Assembly: GCF_018977255.1 (NCBI RefSeq)
Contig: NW_024704743.1
Coordinates: forward strand, 71,798,001-71,862,000
Direction: 5' to 3'
Length of the DNA stretch: 64,000 nt
Source of the DNA: Callorhinchus milii
Lineage: Eukaryota
In this document: in pieces, positions 52,985 through 64,000 of the stretch
How the letters are laid out: each line of letters begins with the position of its first letter
Position numbering within the stretch: the stretch's first letter is position 1
Made by a program: the position numbers and the translations under genes
Notes under the pieces: model-generated
Told to the model about the DNA's origin: nothing
Database searches by the model: none
The model's input: the letters and a program-made list of their open reading frames with translations, nothing else

Positions 52985-53106
52985 ATGGCTCCTATCGGTG
53001 TGGGTGTGGGCTCGGGCTCCCGCAGACGGGCCGCTCAGTTGCCGGTGGCGAGTCAGCACAAGGGGGAGCGGCCGGAGCCCGAGGAGGAGGAGGACGACAA
53101 CCTGTG
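52985..53106 (+). CDS. Cytoplasmic dynein-1 light intermediate chain (DYNC1LI family), exon 1
   Basis: Strong Kozak gaacATGG; MAPIGVGVGSGSRRRAAQLPVASQHKGERPEPEEEEDDNL(W)|gtaagt; acidic run + NLW is typical of LIC N-termini; CpG-rich context. Confidence 0.88.
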
Positions 53107-53202
53107 GTAAGTGAGTCAGACTGCCCTCCCCGCAGTGACCAGCCCGGCACCCGGTCACCGGCCCCCGGCCTCACCCTGTCTGCCTCTCTGTCTCTCTCTC
53201 AG

Positions 53203-53276
53203 GTCCTCCATCCTCAGCGAGGTGTCCACCCGCTCCAGGTCCAAGCTGCCGGCCGGCAAAAACATCCTGGTGACGG
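53203..53276 (+). CDS. DYNC1LI-family exon 2
   Basis: ctctcag| ... |gtgagt; 74 bp; (W)[24 protein letters not shown](G). Confidence 0.95.
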
Positions 53277-53602
53277 GTGAGTGAGGGAGGGACGGAGGTG
53301 GAGGGAGTGACGGGTGAGGGAGGGAGGGAGGGAGGGAGTGAATGAGGGAGGGAGAGGGAGTGAGTGAGGGAGTGAGGGAGGGGGAGTGAGTGAGGGAGGG
53401 AGGGGGAGGGAGGGAGGGAGTGACGGGTGAGTGAGTGAGTGAGGGAGGGAGGGAGTGAGTGAGGGAGTGACGGGTGAGTGAGTGAGGGAGGGAGGGAGGG
53501 AGGGAGTGAGTGAGTGAGTGAGGGAGGGAGGGAGTGACTGAGTGAGGGAGTGAGTGAGGGAGGGAGTGAGTGAGGGAGTGACGGTGTGAGTGAGGGAGTG
53601 AG
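53277..53602. repeat. Purine-rich (GAGG/GAGT)n microsatellite at the start of DYNC1LI intron 2
   Basis: Continuous GAGG/GAGT tetramers starting at the splice donor. Confidence 0.95.
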
Positions 53603-54542
53603 CCCCTCTCTCTGGGCTCTGGGCTCTGGGCTCGGCAGCCCCTCTCGGTCTGGTACCTTCTTTGTTTGCCTTCTCAGAGCCCTTTCTGGCCGAACCCCCC
53701 CCTTTCAGGCTGAGCCTCGCCGCCTCCCCCGCCCCCTGTCCCCGCGGCTCCGCACACCTCTCCGCCCGGTTTCCCCACCACTCGCTGCACATCCAAGAAA
53801 TGTTCCTGTGTGAAAAACGCTGATGGTTGTTGATGAAGTCCTCCTCTCCTCTCCATCTTTTCCCCCTTTCTCCTCTTTCCTCTCGTACCTCTAACCCCCT
53901 CTGATTTATCCCCACAGTAGCATTGCTGCTGCCGCTGTTTAAAGCCCTTTATTCCATCCCTTTGTCAAGATTTTTCCAGTCTTGAGGTTTTTTTTAAAAA
54001 AAAAGAAAGCTTTGGTTCTCGAAACGAAATCACTTCATACCGACGCGAAAGTGTTTGGATTCTGTGGGTGTTGGGTGGGGGTTCAGGGATATCGATTGAT
54101 TGACTGTTTTGAGTTTCCTTGTGCACATATCTTAACACTCATTGTGAAGCAAATCTATCCATTCCCTCAGGAGTCGAGGCCTAGAGTTGCCATGGGAACC
54201 CGGTTGGATGGACAAAAAAAGTCTACCACCATCCCGGCCCTTAGCGTTTTATTGTGCTTCTTGCATTATGTAGTCTGGTTTTATTTATAACCTGCGTGTA
54301 ATGTTGCAAAATTGTTCTATAAACAAGAAGTGTTTTTGGTGCGCTATTTAAATTGATCTCTTTGGTTTAAAGGCAATGCGCCTCCCCCCACCCCCCCCGT
54401 CCCATTGTAAAATGTTTTTGATTTGCCTTCCTCATCCATCTCCTTTGTCAGTCTTGCAAAGTTCCATGGACATTAAAGATCCCATCCACCTTGTGAGGGC
54501 TCAAACCCACATTTGTTGGATCTCAAACAACCAACTAGTGAC

Positions 54543-55441
54543 TGTCGGCCTTGATGGGGAGGTAAGCAGGGTCTCCTTGGAGCCGAAAGCTGAACTGGCT
54601 CCGAGGTGACCTGTTTAGCAAGGGAATGTCAGAATTGAACCAGCCCACTGTGGTTCTGTTGTCCAGTTCCTGAGCCAGGGGGGTTTGCGGTATTCCTGAG
54701 CACTGCTGATGACACCACAGCCAGCCTGACTCATTGGCAGCACTTGGAAGGGCAGACCAGTCATTGGCGGCAGGGAATCATCCCACTCACCCTGCTTGTC
54801 AAAGCGCTCACGGGTGGGTGGTCCTACTTGGACAAGCAGTTGGAAAGCTTGCCAGACAGTGCTCTCAATGGCAAGGTATGTGGTTTTAACTGGTTAGAAT
54901 CCAGCAGTATCCCAACGCACACTCTGAGGTCCCCAAGCCTTGGCTTTTGCCAACCTGCACCTAATACTTTCAGGAATTAAGTAGCAGGATGCATCTCTCT
55001 AGACAGAGAGTACACATTCCATTCCAACAATTTATCTCTGGATTTTTAATGTCTAGGTAGGATGCATGGAATTCTCAGTTTGATTTGGATACTCTTAAGC
55101 ATGGTTTACAATAATAATAATAATCCTTGCATTTGATATAGCGCTTTTCACGTCTTCTAGACATCTCAAAGCGCTTCACAGAATATGCTGTAAAGTGGAT
55201 TGACTCTATATTTGTGGGCGAAACGCAGTATCCAATTGCGCAGAGCAGTGTCCCACAAACAGTCGTGGATTGAAAATGACCAATTTATTATTGTTTTTTG
55301 TTTTGGAGGGATTATTATTAGGTGTGTGGAGTAAGGAAACTTGCCCAAGGTTTCGCCCTGCTTGGAATTGAACCCAGGTGTCTCGCTTGCAAGGCGAGTG
55401 CTCTAAACACTGTGTCGGACACCCAGCTGACCCCAAAAAAA
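54543..55441 (+). repeat. Unclassified ~600-bp interspersed repeat (most complete copy; interrupted by SINE 55111-55412)
   Basis: Homologous segments at ~31070-31300, 31800-32050, 36710-36980, 41240-41830, 45380-45762, 50823-51078 (+) and 35478-35640 (-); ends in GCTGACCCC(A)n. Confidence 0.8.
55111..55412 (-). mobile_element. tRNA-headed SINE, short form, nested in the unclassified repeat
   Basis: Near full-length reverse complement of 1633-1943. Confidence 0.88.
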
Positions 55442-58400
55442 CTTGTAAAGTGAAGGCTAGGATATTTTGACTTCAGAAAAAGGAGAACTGAAATACTGTA
55501 TTGTATTAAATGTCAAGGAGGGGTAATATTTAAGTTTCCTCTTTGCAAATACTGTGTAATGTTCAAGTTGTTTGAGTTATGATCATGTGTTAGTAAATGA
55601 GAATACATGAAAGGGTAACTTGTAATTATGGATAGTTGGGAGGAGACTCAAATGATAGTACAACAACTTGCATTTAGACAGAGATCTTAACATAGTATAA
55701 TGTCTTGAAGCACTTTATAAAGATGTAGAAAATGGAAGTGACCATTGATGTGGTCAGAGGTAGGTTTTAAAGGGGTCTTAAAGACAGATAGAAAGGGATC
55801 AGAAAGGTATGGAGATGCTGCACAATGAAGGGATTTATAGGTGAATTCAATCTGCTGTGAGATGGAGCCAGTGGAGTCTGGCAAGGAATGGGTGCTGGGT
55901 GTGCTGTGGGTGAATTTCTTGTGGGTAAATTTCATGTGGGTAAAGATGTCAGTGGTGGAGTTTTTGATAAGTTAGAGCTAAAATAGTGCACCTCAAGGAC
56001 AGATTGAAGGCCAGCACAGGTGGGCTTTGAATGCAAGAACAGTATATGTGGGAACAATTCTTTGGGTTGCCTTCGTAAGGCAAATCAGCAAGTTGCATGG
56101 GGGAAGGGAAGTCCCATGACAATATTTTAAAATTAAACAGTTGTTATGAGACTGTGTGAAAACAAATACCCAGCTGTTAACACTGTTGCATCTGGGAGAA
56201 GTTTTCCAAATTGCTCACACTTCCCTGTTACTCTGCTAAAACCTCTGTGTGTACTGGAGCCTGTACTAACCCGAGTGTAACAATCTACGGTTGCATTGGT
56301 AGATGTGTGTTGCGTTGTCGAAGGTGGTAAAGATTAAAGATTTTAAAGATCTCATGGCACTACTCAAAAAGAGGAGAGTTTTTCCCGGAGTCCTGGCCAG
56401 CAAATCCCCCAAATAAAATAGGTAATTTGTTTCATGGCTGTTTTGTGGGACGTTGTGTGCACAATTGGGTTGAGCCTCCACAGTAAATCCTGTGCAGCAT
56501 TTTGGGATGTGAAAAGCTCCATTCAAATGTAAGGATTATTATTAACGGTCAGCGGCTGGTGTTATTCAGCCACCACGCCCTGAAACTCTCCCTCACGCCC
56601 TCCACCTTGCTCCCTCCCTCCTCACTTTCATATCCCGCCTAAAGATCTTCCTTTTTGATCGTGCTTACGGTCTCCTCCCTTTCCCCCTGGCTCAGTATTA
56701 GACTCCGCTAATGTCAAGCTCTCCAGGACACTATCCCACGTGAAGGGAGCTATATAAATGCAGGTTGTTGTTGAGTCATTTCCCCGAAACTCGACTCAAT
56801 GATTTAAGATCAAAGAGATTGATCTTGTGTGGCCATGCTTATCTGGAGCGGTCAGGGGTGGAGCAGTAGAACAGCAGGTATGAAGATCAGTGTTATCAGA
56901 CAAGAGAAGAGAGACCTTCTTGATTATTTTCTGTACCATGAAGAAAAAGTAGCTGCTTTGCAAATCCAAATGTTCTAATTTGTTTAATTATTTATTTTTA
57001 TAATATTCGTTTAATAATCAGGATGTAAATCTTAGTCTTTCATTGGAAAGTAAGCTGGTTTGACTGCTAGTATGTTTCTTTACTGATTTTGTAATGACAA
57101 TTTTTCAAATTCCTGGTGTTTTATTGTTAACCTGGGTTAATCTGAGCTGGATTGTTTACATTACAACACAAATTTACATTTATATAACATCTTTCACATC
57201 AGGAGGACATTCAAAGTTTCTGGACAGGCCAATGTTTGGACCCCAGGTGTGGGTGGAGGCCAAGCGATTGAGAGGGGAAAGATGTTCAAAAACATGGTCA
57301 AAGAGGAAGAAAGTCTTGAGGCGAACATTGAAGTTGGCAAGGGGAGGAGCAAGGCGCAGGAACTCCAGGAGGAAGTTCCAGAGGGGAGGGTGGGGGCAGA
57401 TACCCTGAAAGCCTGATGGTTGGGTGGGGGCATGAAGTGGGCCAGTGCCTACTGAGCGGAGGAAGCGTTCAGGTTGGTAGGGTTTGAGGAGGTCGCAGTG
57501 GTAGGGTGGGGCAAGATGATGGAGGAATTTAAAGGCTAGGACAAGGACATTGAACTGATGGGAAGCCAATGGAGTCAGGGAAGGATGGGGTTGGTAAGTT
57601 CTCGGAGGAAAGGACACAATCTGAAGAGTTCTGAATAATCTTTTGTTTGTGAAAGGAAAAGGTGGGTAGTCCTGCAAGCAGAGCGTTGGGGTAATCTAGT
57701 CTGGATGTGATAAATGCACCTATGAATGGTGCAGAATAGGTTTTGAAGGAGCAAAGCTAAGTACAGCTTTGTAGTGACCAAAAAAGGGACTACTGGGATG
57801 AGCTGTAAAATGGACAGTCGGTAATTTGGTGACAGTTGGTGTTTGTTAGGAGTTTTTCACATCATCTTTACAAAAGTGATGTGAGAAATCGTCCTACGTG
57901 AAATTCTCTGCAAATGCAAATTGGTGGTTGTGTTGGAGCATAGGGAATCCAACCAATTTTGGCAGTTCTTTGTCCATATAGCTAGCAAAGTCACTGACAT
58001 TGCGCATATGAGAATGAATAGTCTAAATCCTCAGAAAGGGTTTTTGGCATTATAGCATTAATGTGGGCAAACTCTTCCAGTATTCCTCTGCTATAATTTT
58101 TTTTACCAGTAATGTGGTTAGGATGAAGTAGGCCTGTGCCTCTTTGATGCGTTGGAGAGATTGACAATTTAATCTAAATGAAATTATAAATGAACTGTAC
58201 ATTATGTCTTATTCATATTGCTCCAGTGGAAGATGTCATACCAGTAAAGCTGTTAATCAGCGCCTTGCTAAAGCGCAGGTTCTCTTTTAATATGGGTGTC
58301 AGTGGATCCACAGTTATGGATAGCTTCCCACAAAAAATGGCCATCTTCCAGAACATTCACTGGGTTGCCTCTGGCATTACCTCCTGTGCATACTAAATGG

Positions 58401-59491
58401 GAATGAGAAGTAAACCCAAAATTCTACTTTCACATGTGCATAGCAAGAAGACAAGGTCTATAGATATTTTTCTGTTTCAAATTTGAATTGCACCTGGAGG
58501 CAACATTTGAAATTTATAATAGTTATAGGTCTGTTTCTGGTCGTCAGAGGAGTGATGAATGGGCCAATAACACAATTATCTTTTTTTTAAAAAACTTAAG
58601 AAACCCAGCCAGGATTAAAGAAAGACTAATCACCGGGATTATATTATGAAGATTAAATATTTGTTTGGTGCTGCAAGATACTGTTGGAAACCTTTCCAGA
58701 AAATTGTATGAGCAGGCTAGCAAAAATGAATGCTTCATGAGCGTTTGTGTTTTCCATTCCAGAGGTCTTGTATTGTCAGGGGAAAGAAATTGGAAAAGTG
58801 AACTGACAGAGCATCGAAATCCATTTTGCAAAATGGCAGCCAATTGATCATTTTATTGAACTTCACAGATGGCATCAGTGTCATGAGTTCAGCAAATTCA
58901 TGGAGCTCAGCTTTGCAGATAAGCAATTAGATTGCCCAGTGCTACAGTTAACTTAAATAGGATAACAATCTGGCCCCTCCAGGGGCCATCAATATAGCAA
59001 AATATTAAAAGATAGCTATCCAATTGCAATGTATACCTCAGCCCATTGGAGTAATTGGCATAGTATTGATTATAATACTGCTCATTGAGACATTTTATAA
59101 AATGGAAGACTGCAAATAAGACAATACAACTAAAGAATATGATGCACATCCTGTATTTGCATGCAAGTCTCAACAACAACAACTTACATTTATAGAACAC
59201 TCTTGGAGCATGTAACAGCGGTGGCGCCCGATGCTGAAGGTGGGAGGGACAGGCAAATATGGAAAGCAATGTAATTGTAATGTCTGTACATACTTTCTTG
59301 TTTTGCGTTGGTAGTCAACAAGGCACGCGGCAAATGTTTTTCAAAAGCTACGTTCGAGTTCTTTGGCCAAAGCTTGGTTAGGATCCAGGAGTCCTGCCAT
59401 TAACTGATCATTGCTTGGACCTATGTAAAACGAGAAAAGAACAGCTGGTGCTTGTTGGATAATACTCTTGACATCTAGGCTCCTATTAATG

Positions 59492-60022
59492 TAGATCATC
59501 CAAAACTCCACAGCTCGTGTACTCTCGCGTTCCAGGCTCCATGACCCCATCACTCCCACCCTCGCCCGACTCCACTGGCTCCCCATCCCTAAGAGGATGG
59601 AATTCAAGATCCTCGTCCTCACTTTCAAGGCCATCCATGGCCTTGCCCCCTCCTACCTCTCTGACCTGCTGACTCCCTACCAACTTGCCCCCTCCCTCCA
59701 TTAAGCGGGCTCCGGTCTGCTCCATGTCTCCCGCCCGACCTACCCTATCATCGGTGGCCGGGCTTTCAGCCTCTCTGCCTCCATACTCTGGAACTCCATC
59801 CCACGGTCCAGTCGCCTCGCTTCCTCCCTTGCCTCCTTCAAGGCCAGTTCTAAAGAACCTTCTCTTCGATCGTGCCTTCAGTTGCTCTCCCACCTCTCAG
59901 CCTTCCCTCACCCCTACGCCACCCCTCCCCCATGCTCGGGTCCCGACCCCTGACTGTTCAGCGCTTTGGAACGTCCACCCGACGGGAAAGGCGCTCTATA
60001 AATGTAATTTTGCTGTTGTTGT
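59492..60022 (+). mobile_element. L2-clade LINE 3' fragment
   Basis: Matches 26950-27448. Older, more decayed L2 pieces at ~39960-40555(-) and ~57163-57720(-). Confidence 0.88.
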
Positions 60023-61000
60023 GGTACAATCTTTGTGAGAAACATTTTTAATAATGCAGGTTATTGCATAGTTTGGGCAGAGCTGAACATTTGTGGTTTT
60101 CTCCATTCCCCAGGCCCCTGATATACTTGATGTGTATTTAATACCGCTACGTGATGGGGATTTTTTTAACTATTGCTTTATCTTTGCTCTCTTCCTTCCA
60201 CTCCCACCCCCCTCCCCCCCAATAACCGGATGGGCTTTGCTTTGTAAAATATCGCTGCTTTTCTCATAGCAAAATGTATTATGTTGGAGTGCTTATTTGA
60301 CACAAAATTACTGCAACCTCTAAAATTGATCCACAATTATTAGTCTGGAATCGGTCTGCTTCCTCAAATTTCATGTGTATTGCATAGCTGTGAGGAGAGG
60401 GAGAGACTGGGATGTTGGGGTTTGAAAGATGATGGTCAGATAGTTAGTGAGGACAGAGAGAATGGAGGATGATACAATCGAAGGGGGAAAGGAAATCAGT
60501 AGTTAAAATTTACTGGGATGAATTAGGGGAACAAATAATGGCAAATATTCCTACTGTATCTAAGAACAAAACAGTCCCAATGGCAGTGTAATAAGAGGTT
60601 CTGTTTGAACACAAGGTTTGCATGATTGGAGAAATAAAAGCCAATGGAATAAAAACTTGAAATGCATAGTATTAATTAATATTTAACATATTTGATAAAA
60701 TATCAAATGCAAATGGAAGGATTATTATTTGAAAAAGGATGGGTTAATTGAGGTTTGATATAAATAATTATTTCTCACAATTTCCCTTTTAAAACCAGGA
60801 AGGTTATGAAAGCTTGTATTAAAATGCTGCCTGACATTTCCACTTCTCAATCTAGGCCTTCTGCCTTCCTCACCTAGCATACCCTCACCTAGCGGCACTG
60901 TAACCAATGTGTTTGTGGAGCATGTCATAATTTCTCGTGAATTGCAATAATATTTCCNTTTTTACGTTATTGCAATATGTAATGGTCCTGTAGCATATTT

Positions 61001-61695
61001 GTGGAGTCCTGTAGCTCAGTGGTTAGAGCACTCGCTTTGCAAGCGAGAGACCTGAGTTCAATTCCAGGCAGAGGGCGAAACCTTGGGCAAGTTTCCTTAC
61101 TCCACACAGAGCCTAATAATAATCCCTCCAAAACCCAAAACAATAATAAATTGGTCATTTTCAATCTACGACTGTTTGTGGGACATTGCTGTGCGCAATT
61201 GGCTGCCGCGTTCGCCCACAAATATACAGTCAATTCGCTTTACAGTGTGTTCTGTGAAGCGCTTTGGGACGTCCTCCTGACGTGAAAAGCACTATATCAA
61301 ATGCAAGGATTATTATTATTATTATTATATTGGTTAGAGCACTTGGCTCGCAAGTGAGAGGACCTGGGTTTGATTCTTGGACAGGGCGAAATGTTAGGCA
61401 AATTTCCTGACTACATACGTCTCTGTTTAGCTAGCAGTAAGTAGGAACCTGGTTGTTAGTCGATTGGCAGATTGCTTTTCCGGGGTAATAATCCCTTCAA
61501 AAATAAAATTTTAAAAAATAATTTGGTCACTCAATCCATGACTGTTGGTGAGACACTGCTGTGCATAATTGGCTGCTGCATTTTGCCCATAAAATATACA
61601 GTCAGTTCACTTTACAGTATATTCTGTGATGTGCTTTGAGACGTCTTGTAGACATGATAAGGGACTGTGTCAAATACAACGAATATTATTATTAT
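61001..61695 (+). mobile_element. Head-to-tail SINE pair: short form (61001-61327) + long form (61331-61695)
   Basis: Two tRNA-like heads and two (ATT)n tails in tandem. Confidence 0.88.
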
Positions 61696-62294
61696 CCCAT
61701 TGCCTTAGTCACTCATCTGCTGATTTGTACTTTATATCCCTTTCTTATTTGTAAATCTTGGGAAATGCTTTTGGCTCCTTGGTTTTTAAAGCTATGATCT
61801 TCTGTTCCTGACGCTAACCCTTTTTCCATTCTGAGTATACCTATTTTTTTCTGTTTTAATACTGCTTTGGTTAAGATGGTTGTTTATAGTATGTTCCCAT
61901 ATCCTACAAGATCTAGGAACATACTATAGGTTAAGATGGTTGTTTGCAATATACGCCCATATACTATAATATATTCACTGTTCTATTATTGAAAACTAAA
62001 CATAAGTGCTCCAGCACCAAGTCTCTAAACTGGGTTGGTCTGGGAACTAAACTGGCTGGGAACCAATTGCATCTTGTTTCTGATGAGCCCAAAGTGGCCA
62101 TTGTATTTTCATCAGAATAAAAGCAACTGTCACTAGGTCAATGGAGGTGCGAGCAATATTGACCTAACAGTATTGATCACATAACAGTTTGTAGTATGAG
62201 ATGATTAATTTTGGCTGAATTCAGTAGATGTTTAGGTAATGAGCCAACATTCTGTATCTTATTTCCTTCCTTTCCCCCTAAAAAAAATCTATAG

Positions 62295-62411
62295 GAGAAG
62301 ATGGATCAGGCAAAACTACTTTAATAGCAAAATTACAAGGGGTGGAGGACTACAAGAAAGGGAGAGGAATGGAGTTTTTGTACCTTGATGTTCACGATGA
62401 AGACATTGATG
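62295..62411 (+). CDS. DYNC1LI-family exon 3 (P-loop)
   Basis: ctatag| ... |gtgagt; 117 bp; (G)[38 protein letters not shown]; Walker A GEDGSGKT. Confidence 0.95.
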
Positions 62412-63423
62412 GTGAGTGTTTTAGGAAGATGTGTTCCCACAATGATGGTTTTAGCACATGCTTTGTCCTTTAACAATCTAGCAAACTAAGTTTTATCCTT
62501 TAAATTGTTCGTTCATTTATTATCCTCATTTGTATAAAGAAATTTGAGGTACGTTAGATACGAGTTGTTAACAAGAATTGTCATTGGCTTTCTATGCTTT
62601 AGGTTGTTTTTGCACCTCAGAAGAATTAGTCAAAATGAGGTAGCTCAAACCAAGTTCAGAGCACAATATGGTCTGCAATACATCTGTTCTATTGATTAAC
62701 ATTGCCCTCGATGTGAGGAACTATTGAACTGCAAAATTTGATACTGGCCCATTAGAAGAAAAGTAAAGACAATGATTTCTACATTGTCAGGTAGAGAGAT
62801 TGATGAGAAGATTCACAACTACATCTACAATTCCATATTTATTTAGCATCTTTCATGTCGGGAGGACATCTCAAAGAGTTTCACCGAGTAGGAAATCTTA
62901 TTTAGAGGTTGCTGTTTGTATTATATTTTTGCTCCATTTGCATCAACATTTAATCTAAATATAAATTGTGATCTAGCACCACGTGGCAGAATCTTGCAGA
63001 TTTATTGGCTTAACATTTCATTGCATTAAACATATATTCCATCCAACATGTGCTGATACTGAGGTAAAATAGACCTTGAAATATAAGGGTGCTTTTTTCT
63101 CTTTTTATAAGTGTTTGTTGCACAAACTTAAAGTTGTATGTGCCTTTGTATTGACTTTAAACAACCTATTGAATTGCAATTGAAGTTGGAAGGTCATCAG
63201 CCTTTGGGATGGATGTAGCTCTTCATTCCTTTTGAGAATATCCTGCAGATGAGCTGTTTTTTTCCCTGCAGTGGATTTGTTTGTGCTCAATCAATTTATA
63301 ACTTTATTAGTAGTAACTAGGCTAAGTTCAAGCACAAAAAGTTTACATATTTGCTCAGAACTTTAGATATAACCTCCAGTGGTGTAGTTTTGCTCATTTC
63401 TTTTATGGATTCTTGTTTTACAG

Positions 63424-63654
63424 ATCACACACGATGCAATGTTTGGATTTTGGATGGTGATACATACCACAAAGGTCTCCTGAAGTTTGCAATTACACCT
63501 GAGAATGTAAAAGACACTCTGCTTATTCTGGTGATGGACATGTCACGACCCTGGATAGCCATGGATTCACTACAGAAGTGGACCAATGTCATTCAAGAGC
63601 ACATTGACAAGCTGAAAATCCCACCAGAAGAAATGAAGGAAATGGAACAAAAAT
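63424..63654 (+). CDS. DYNC1LI-family exon 4 (gene continues beyond window)
   Basis: ttacag| ... |gtaagt; 231 bp; (D)[76 protein letters not shown]. Confidence 0.96.
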
Positions 63655-64000
63655 GTAAGTACACGAAATTCAAGGTGGGCTTATAACAAATAAGTGGGTT
63701 TCATTTCAAATTATTCAAACATGTAGACAAAAGATATTTGAATCATGCTTGGATGTAGAATTTCAACTTGTAGACTGCACTACCCAGAGTAATTAAGCAG
63801 AAGTACACACTATTGTAGTATGCCCAAAATAGTGCATGACTGTTTGTAGGACATTGTTTTTTCTCATGTGTAGGTTAAAAGAGGCTGGACACATAACATC
63901 ACTTCCTTCCAATCTCAAGAAGATTGAGTGGTGGTCTAAACCAGCAGTGAGTGTTATGGTGGACTCCACTTGATGACATTCATGTGGAGTCCTGTAGCTT

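Larger units (their letters stand above)
52700..53800 (+). promoter_or_regulatory. GC/CpG-rich promoter and 5' region of the DYNC1LI-family gene
   Basis: CpG-dense against an AT-rich background; four CCCCGCCC GC-boxes (52718, 52802, 52865, 52886); (GT)n at ~52946-52972 just before the ATG. Confidence 0.7.

Noticed and set aside
58800..59060. Possible conserved non-coding enhancer (CAATTAG, AACAAT, GGCCCC/GGGGCC palindrome); similar impression at 32640-32780
   Set aside because: Short motifs expected by chance; needs cross-species alignment.

Overview
Vertebrate genomic DNA, most likely a cartilaginous fish. A chimaera such as Callorhinchus is my best guess from the SINE/L2/CR1/Penelope repeat content; this is inference only. 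Two spliced protein-coding genes lie on the + strand. The first is the last 11 coding exons (112-25084) of a V-type H+-ATPase a-subunit gene, best matching ATP6V0A4. The second is the first 4 exons (52985-63654) of a cytoplasmic dynein-1 light intermediate chain gene whose residues mix DYNC1LI1- and DYNC1LI2-type states and whose upstream neighbour matches neither human gene. All exons were read by hand with canonical AG/GT sites and consistent phases. Introns and the ~28 kb intergenic gap are full of tRNA-derived SINEs, Deu-type and AmnSINE2-like SINEs, L2 and CR1 fragments. Highlights: a Penelope-type inverted-repeat insertion carrying a minimal hammerhead ribozyme in an ATP6V0A4 intron; an unclassified ~600-bp dispersed repeat with structure-preserving substitutions; a 1.4-kb 21-mer minisatellite occupying the dynein LIC promoter; a microsatellite that has duplicated a splice donor; and a perfect 24-bp hairpin born inside an L2 copy. 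Most ORF-track entries are repeat-derived or spurious. Family names and human orthologue sequences are recalled from memory, not searched.
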